A program made the position numbers and the translations under genes. The notes below the pieces were generated by a model. The model did not search any database and was not told where the DNA came from. It saw only the letters and a program-made list of their open reading frames with translations. From Terracidiphilus sp. (lineage in GTDB: Bacteria; Acidobacteriota; Terriglobia; Terriglobales; Acidobacteriaceae): a stretch of DNA of 64,000 bases. The stretch is taken from assembly GCA_050012895.1 (NCBI GenBank), contig JBEKGH010000026.1:2190-66189 (forward strand), written 5' to 3'. Shown in pieces: positions 60,470 to 64,000 of this stretch (position 1 is its first letter; each line of letters starts with the position of its first letter).

Positions 60470-62509
60470 ATGTTCGACAGTATGTTTTCGCCAGCCACTC
60501 TGCTCGAGGGAGTGGTTCTTCTCAGCCTCTTCATTCTTATCGTTCTTAATGCCAAGTCGGTTTACAGCATAGGCCCCACACAAGTCGGTCTGGTCCGCAA
60601 GCGCTTTGGCGCAAAGTTGCCCGGCGACAACCCGATCGCCTTCAAAGGCGAGGCCGGCTACCAGGCGGAACTGCTCATGCCCGGTCTGCGCTTCAAGTTC
60701 TGCGGGATTTACGCAGTCGCCAAACATCCGTGGGTGCAAGTCCCTGCCGGCCAAATCGGCGTAGTCATCGCGCAGGTGGGCTCACCCACACCGATCGGCG
60801 CCAAGTCGGGCGTGTACAAACCCGAGTTCGGCAACTTCACCGACGTTTCAGGCTTTGTGGCCAACGGCGGACAAAAGGGCGTGCAGCGGCCAGTGCTTTC
60901 GCCCGGCATGCTGGCCCCCATCCATCCTGTAGCCTTCCTCATCATCACCAAGCCGCAAGTCTTCGGCGTTCCCATTACCGATACCTACCGCCAATTGACC
61001 GACCAGACGGGCCGGCTCACCTTCACGGCGTTCGGCCTGGAAGAGAGGCAGCTCGAAGTGACGCGCATTGCACCCCGGCCCACCGAGAGCGGCAAGGTCG
61101 CGGACATGATCGGCATTGTCACCTCGCTCGAAGGCCAGCCGCTGCAGGCAGGCGCCATCGCCAGCCGCCTGGGAGTCTTCGACGATGTCGCGGACCTCGA
61201 AAAGAAGCCCGACACCACCGACTTTCAGCTCATTGCCGCCATCCTCGGCAGCAAAAACACGCTGCACAATAACTACCAGGACTTCCAGCAATTCCTCGAT
61301 GCCGGAGGCAAGATCGGCCTGCAACACGATCCGCTTCTCTACGGCGCTTATAACCTGAATCCGTTCCTGTTGCGCGTCGAGCAGGTCCCGATGCTGGTCG
61401 TCGAACAGGGGCAGGTGGCTGTGATCAAGGCCTACGTTGGTCTGCCCACCCAGGACACTTCCGGCGTCGGATTCAAGTTCGGCAGCCTGGTGCGGCCGGG
61501 CCATCAAGGCATCTGGCAGGAAGCACTGCGCACCGGCAAATATCCCATCAACCCCCGGATTTACGACGCCAAGGTAGTGCTGACCGCAATCCTCAAGCTC
61601 GACTGGGCCAAGGACGTCACCGGAGCCCACGGACTGGACGCGCGCCTCGAACCTATCATTGCGAAAAGTAATGAGGGCTTTGTCTTTTCCATCGACCTCC
61701 AGGTCCTCATCCACGTTCCCGACACTAAAGCACCGCGCGTGATCTCCATGGTCGGCTCCATGGAAAATCTGGTCAACGAGGTTCTGCAGGCGGCCGTCGG
61801 CAATCTCTTCCGCGACAAAATCGGCGGCATGGAAGCCATCAAGTTCATCCAGACGCGCCAGGTCGTGCAGGAGGAGGCGTTCGCCTACATCCTGAAGAAG
61901 CTCGCCGAGTACGAAATCGAAACCCGCGGCGTCTACATCCAGGACGTGATCTACCCGGCCGCACTGGTCACGGTGCTCACGGAGCGCGAGGTGGCGCACC
62001 AGCAGGTAGAAACCTTCAAGATGCAGCGGCAGGCGCAGGACCAGCGCATCGAGACGGAGAAGGCGCGCGGCACTGCGGACATGCAGGCCCAACTCGCGCA
62101 AGCCGCAGTCGGCGTCGACATCAAGAAAAACAATGCCGAGGCTCGCAAGGCAGAAGCCGACGGCGAATCCACGTACATTGAACGGACCGGCACAGCCCAG
62201 GGCGCGCAGGTGCGAGCCGTTGGATTGGCCCGCGCCGAAGCCTATCAAAAACAAGTTGCAGCATTGGGCCAGGGAGCCACGGCTCTCGTGAATGCCATCG
62301 AGGCGCTTTCCCGGAGCAACGTCCCATTCATGCCCAACACGCTGGTTACGGGCGGCGGCGGCTCGGCCAACGGCGTTCTCGAAGGCCTGGGAGCGCTGCT
62401 CATGCAGAAGGTTGCACCGGCAGCAGCTACAAACACTCTGCCAGCCTCAACGAATTTGGATAAACCCGCCGACTCACCGCAGCCGCCAACCAGCCCCGGC
62501 AAGGCGTAG
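60470..62509 (+). CDS. SPFH/Band-7 (flotillin/YqiK-like) membrane protein
   Basis: GGAGG, then ATG at 60470. TM helix LLEGVVLLSLFILIVL, then VGLVRKRFG. Coiled-coil region with QRQAQDQRIETEKARGTADMQAQLAQAAV. Ala/Pro-rich C-terminus. Confidence 0.65.
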   Translation: MFDSMFSPATLLEGVVLLSLFILIVLNAKSVYSIGPTQVGLVRKRFGAKLPGDNPIAFKGEAGYQAELLMPGLRFKFCGIYAVAKHPWVQVPAGQIGVVIAQVGSPTPIGAKSGVYKPEFGNFTDVSGFVANGGQKGVQRPVLSPGMLAPIHPVAFLIITKPQVFGVPITDTYRQLTDQTGRLTFTAFGLEERQLEVTRIAPRPTESGKVADMIGIVTSLEGQPLQAGAIASRLGVFDDVADLEKKPDTTDFQLIAAILGSKNTLHNNYQDFQQFLDAGGKIGLQHDPLLYGAYNLNPFLLRVEQVPMLVVEQGQVAVIKAYVGLPTQDTSGVGFKFGSLVRPGHQGIWQEALRTGKYPINPRIYDAKVVLTAILKLDWAKDVTGAHGLDARLEPIIAKSNEGFVFSIDLQVLIHVPDTKAPRVISMVGSMENLVNEVLQAAVGNLFRDKIGGMEAIKFIQTRQVVQEEAFAYILKKLAEYEIETRGVYIQDVIYPAALVTVLTEREVAHQQVETFKMQRQAQDQRIETEKARGTADMQAQLAQAAVGVDIKKNNAEARKAEADGESTYIERTGTAQGAQVRAVGLARAEAYQKQVAALGQGATALVNAIEALSRSNVPFMPNTLVTGGGGSANGVLEGLGALLMQKVAPAAATNTLPASTNLDKPADSPQPPTSPGKA

Positions 62510-62530
62510 CCAGACTTGAGTACCGCCGGT

Positions 62531-62608
62531 CTCCGGACTGGCGGTAGCGGGGGTCTCCAGACCCCCGCACCTGTAAGCCGGGTGCCCCACCTTCGCCGAT
62601 GCGCGCAA
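62531..62608. repeat. REP elements upstream of RAYT
   Basis: taccgccggtctccggactggcggta...gggggtctccagacccccgc...gggtgccccaccttcgcc. Confidence 0.7.
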
Positions 62609-62690
62609 TCTGCGCAGCGGCTAAGGTGGGATATCTATCGTCTTTTATGGTCTTTTACAACCCCACTCAATCTTCTCTACAATCGCGCCG

Positions 62691-63095
62691 ATGACCCAAG
62701 GTCTCAAGCGGTATCAATTCACGGGCGATCTGCATTTCGTCACATTCAGTTGCCACCGTCGGCAACCGTACCTCACCTCCGTCGCGGCACGCTCCCGGTT
62801 TGAAGAAGCGCTTGAGCGCACACGCCAGCGCTACGGATTTTGCGGTCTCGGGTATGTCGTGATGCCAGAGCACATCCACCTGCTCGTCAGCAAGCCACGT
62901 ATCGGCTCGCTCGCAAAGGCACTTCAGGCTCTTAAGGTGTCGGTGTCGAAGCGTTCGACCCAGAGGCCTTTCTGGCAGTCGCGCTACTACGACTTCAATG
63001 TGTATTCCTATCGCAAGCAGGTCGAGAAGCTCCGTTACATCCATCGCAATCCTGTCCATCGCGGCCTGGCCGAGCAGCCGCAGGACTGGCGCTGA
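62691..63095 (+). mobile_element. REP-associated tyrosine transposase (RAYT, IS200-like Y1 HuH transposase)
   Basis: GDLHFVTFSCHRR...VVMPEHIHLLVS (HuH)...RSQRPFWQSRYYD (catalytic Tyr). Flanked by a 15-bp inverted pair, GGCTAAGGTGGGATA (62610-62624) and TATCCCACCTTAGCC (63222-63236), plus REPs. Confidence 0.8.
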
Positions 63096-63204
63096 TCGAG
63101 CTTTCGCCATTACGCGACGGGCGAACGCGGTACCGTCGAGATCGAGTCATTCTGGACCTCGGCGCTACGCGAGAAGCAGGGAGAAAAAACTATAAAGAAC
63201 GAAT

Positions 63205-63285
63205 AGGCGCTGTAGATAGGTGTATCCCACCTTAGCCAGTCAGCCGTTCCGGCTGCCTATCGAAGGTGGGGCACCCGCCCACCGC
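63205..63285. repeat. inverted repeat / hairpin downstream of RAYT
   Basis: tcccaccttagcc...ggctgcctatcgaaggtggggcaccc. Confidence 0.6.
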
Positions 63286-63492
63286 CGTCGAATGTGCTGG
63301 CTTTGTATCAGGGCACGACTTCAGTCGTGCCGAAAAGACCGCAAAAACATGTGCGGGGCTTTAGCCCCTGAGGGACGTTTTTCCACCGGCTACGAGAATT
63401 TATGCAACCAGCGCATCGCCGCTCGCCCTGGCAAGCCAAGACGAGGCACCCCAACCTGGAGATCTAGGACGGACCACCTGCAGTGTTTTGCT

Positions 63493-64000
63493 CTACCGGA
63501 TGGTCTCGATTGCTGAACAAAGGCGATTGCAATTCCAGCATTGTGCCGGCTCGGGCGTCTTTGAGACGTAGCCGCAGACAGTGCGAACGAAAAAATCGAC
63601 GGGCTCGCTAGCGGGAGAGTCCGCGCCAACGGCTCCCATCTGCCCGATCTGTTCACTGAACAAATGCGCATTTGTTTTTTCTGCTTTAAGCGCCCAAGTG
63701 AGTGTTTCGGCAGCAGAGTTGGTGGTGCTCCGGTTCTCGGCTAGAAACCGCGGATACATCGAGTCGATTTCGTACTCTGTCTCGACCATTGCAGCGGCCA
63801 GGTTTTCCCGGGTGGTCTTCACTTCGACCGGTTGAATCTCAGCCTCGGGTTCGCCGCCCAATCGCCGGATTAGGCTGGCGTTGTTGCTGGCTTGGATCTG
63901 TTCGGAGCGAGCTGTGGCCCGGAGCAAACTGGCTGCTCCATGCAACCCGTCGGAATCCGCTTTTCTGGCATACGCAGTGTAGAGAGTGTGAGTATTGGTT
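63493..64000 (-). CDS. rubrerythrin-family protein (N-terminus beyond window edge)
   Basis: Ferritin-like ...YTAYARKADSDGLHGAASLLRATARSEQIQASNNAS...EYEIDSMYPRFL... and a C-terminal rubredoxin-like VCGYVSKTPEPAQCWNC. The track start at 63945 is an in-frame TTG; the ORF continues to the edge. Confidence 0.6.
   Translation of the reverse strand, partial: TNTHTLYTAYARKADSDGLHGAASLLRATARSEQIQASNNASLIRRLGGEPEAEIQPVEVKTTRENLAAAMVETEYEIDSMYPRFLAENRSTTNSAAETLTWALKAEKTNAHLFSEQIGQMGAVGADSPASEPVDFFVRTVCGYVSKTPEPAQCWNCNRLCSAIETIR

Overview
This is a high-GC window (about 62-65% by eye) that reads as chromosomal DNA from an Acidobacteria-like genome. The markers for that are a TIGR03436-type VWA protein next to a giant secreted protein, REP elements with a REP-associated tyrosine transposase, and a complex-I operon without nuoEFG. 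Features, start to end of the window:

- 1-3 kb: murA, then a radical-SAM/SPASM maturase directly downstream of a Tat-signal peptide whose C-terminus is a run of CxxxC repeats. This is the most unusual locus.
- Glycolysis genes scattered through the window: eno (interrupted by a deletion/frameshift), gpmA, gap, pgk, tpiA, pyk.
- ribA; an orphan LytS-type histidine kinase; two tandem paralogous secreted proteins.
- A 1037-aa secreted protein overlapping a VWA protein; an orphan Phd/YefM antitoxin-like gene beside a DinB-family gene; an M48 peptidase; a P-loop kinase.
- A lower-GC three-gene insert sitting between pgk and tpiA.
- A 12-gene nuo operon (A,B,C,D,I,H,J,K,L,M,M,N) with no nuoEFG.
- A sugar-use cluster: arabinose-isomerase-like gene, GH-A hydrolase, beta-propeller-phosphoesterase fusion, GH38 mannosidase.
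- A branched-chain amino acid / 2-oxoacid:ferredoxin oxidoreductase / CoA-transferase cluster.
- A BrkB/YihY membrane protein, a DUF192-PilZ-like protein, a flotillin-like SPFH protein, the RAYT transposase with REPs, and a partial rubrerythrin.

Intergenic space is dense with short repeat families: REP palindromes, a GTCATCCTGAGCGAAG...GAAGGATCTGCGGTTGC element, 9-bp GTTAGCGGR arrays, 45-bp hairpin repeats, AGGGAR/TCCCT heptamer runs, an AGTGAA x7 array, and AGCT-rich hairpins. Found: no tRNA, rRNA or CRISPR array. I could not run any similarity search; every call is from reading translations.
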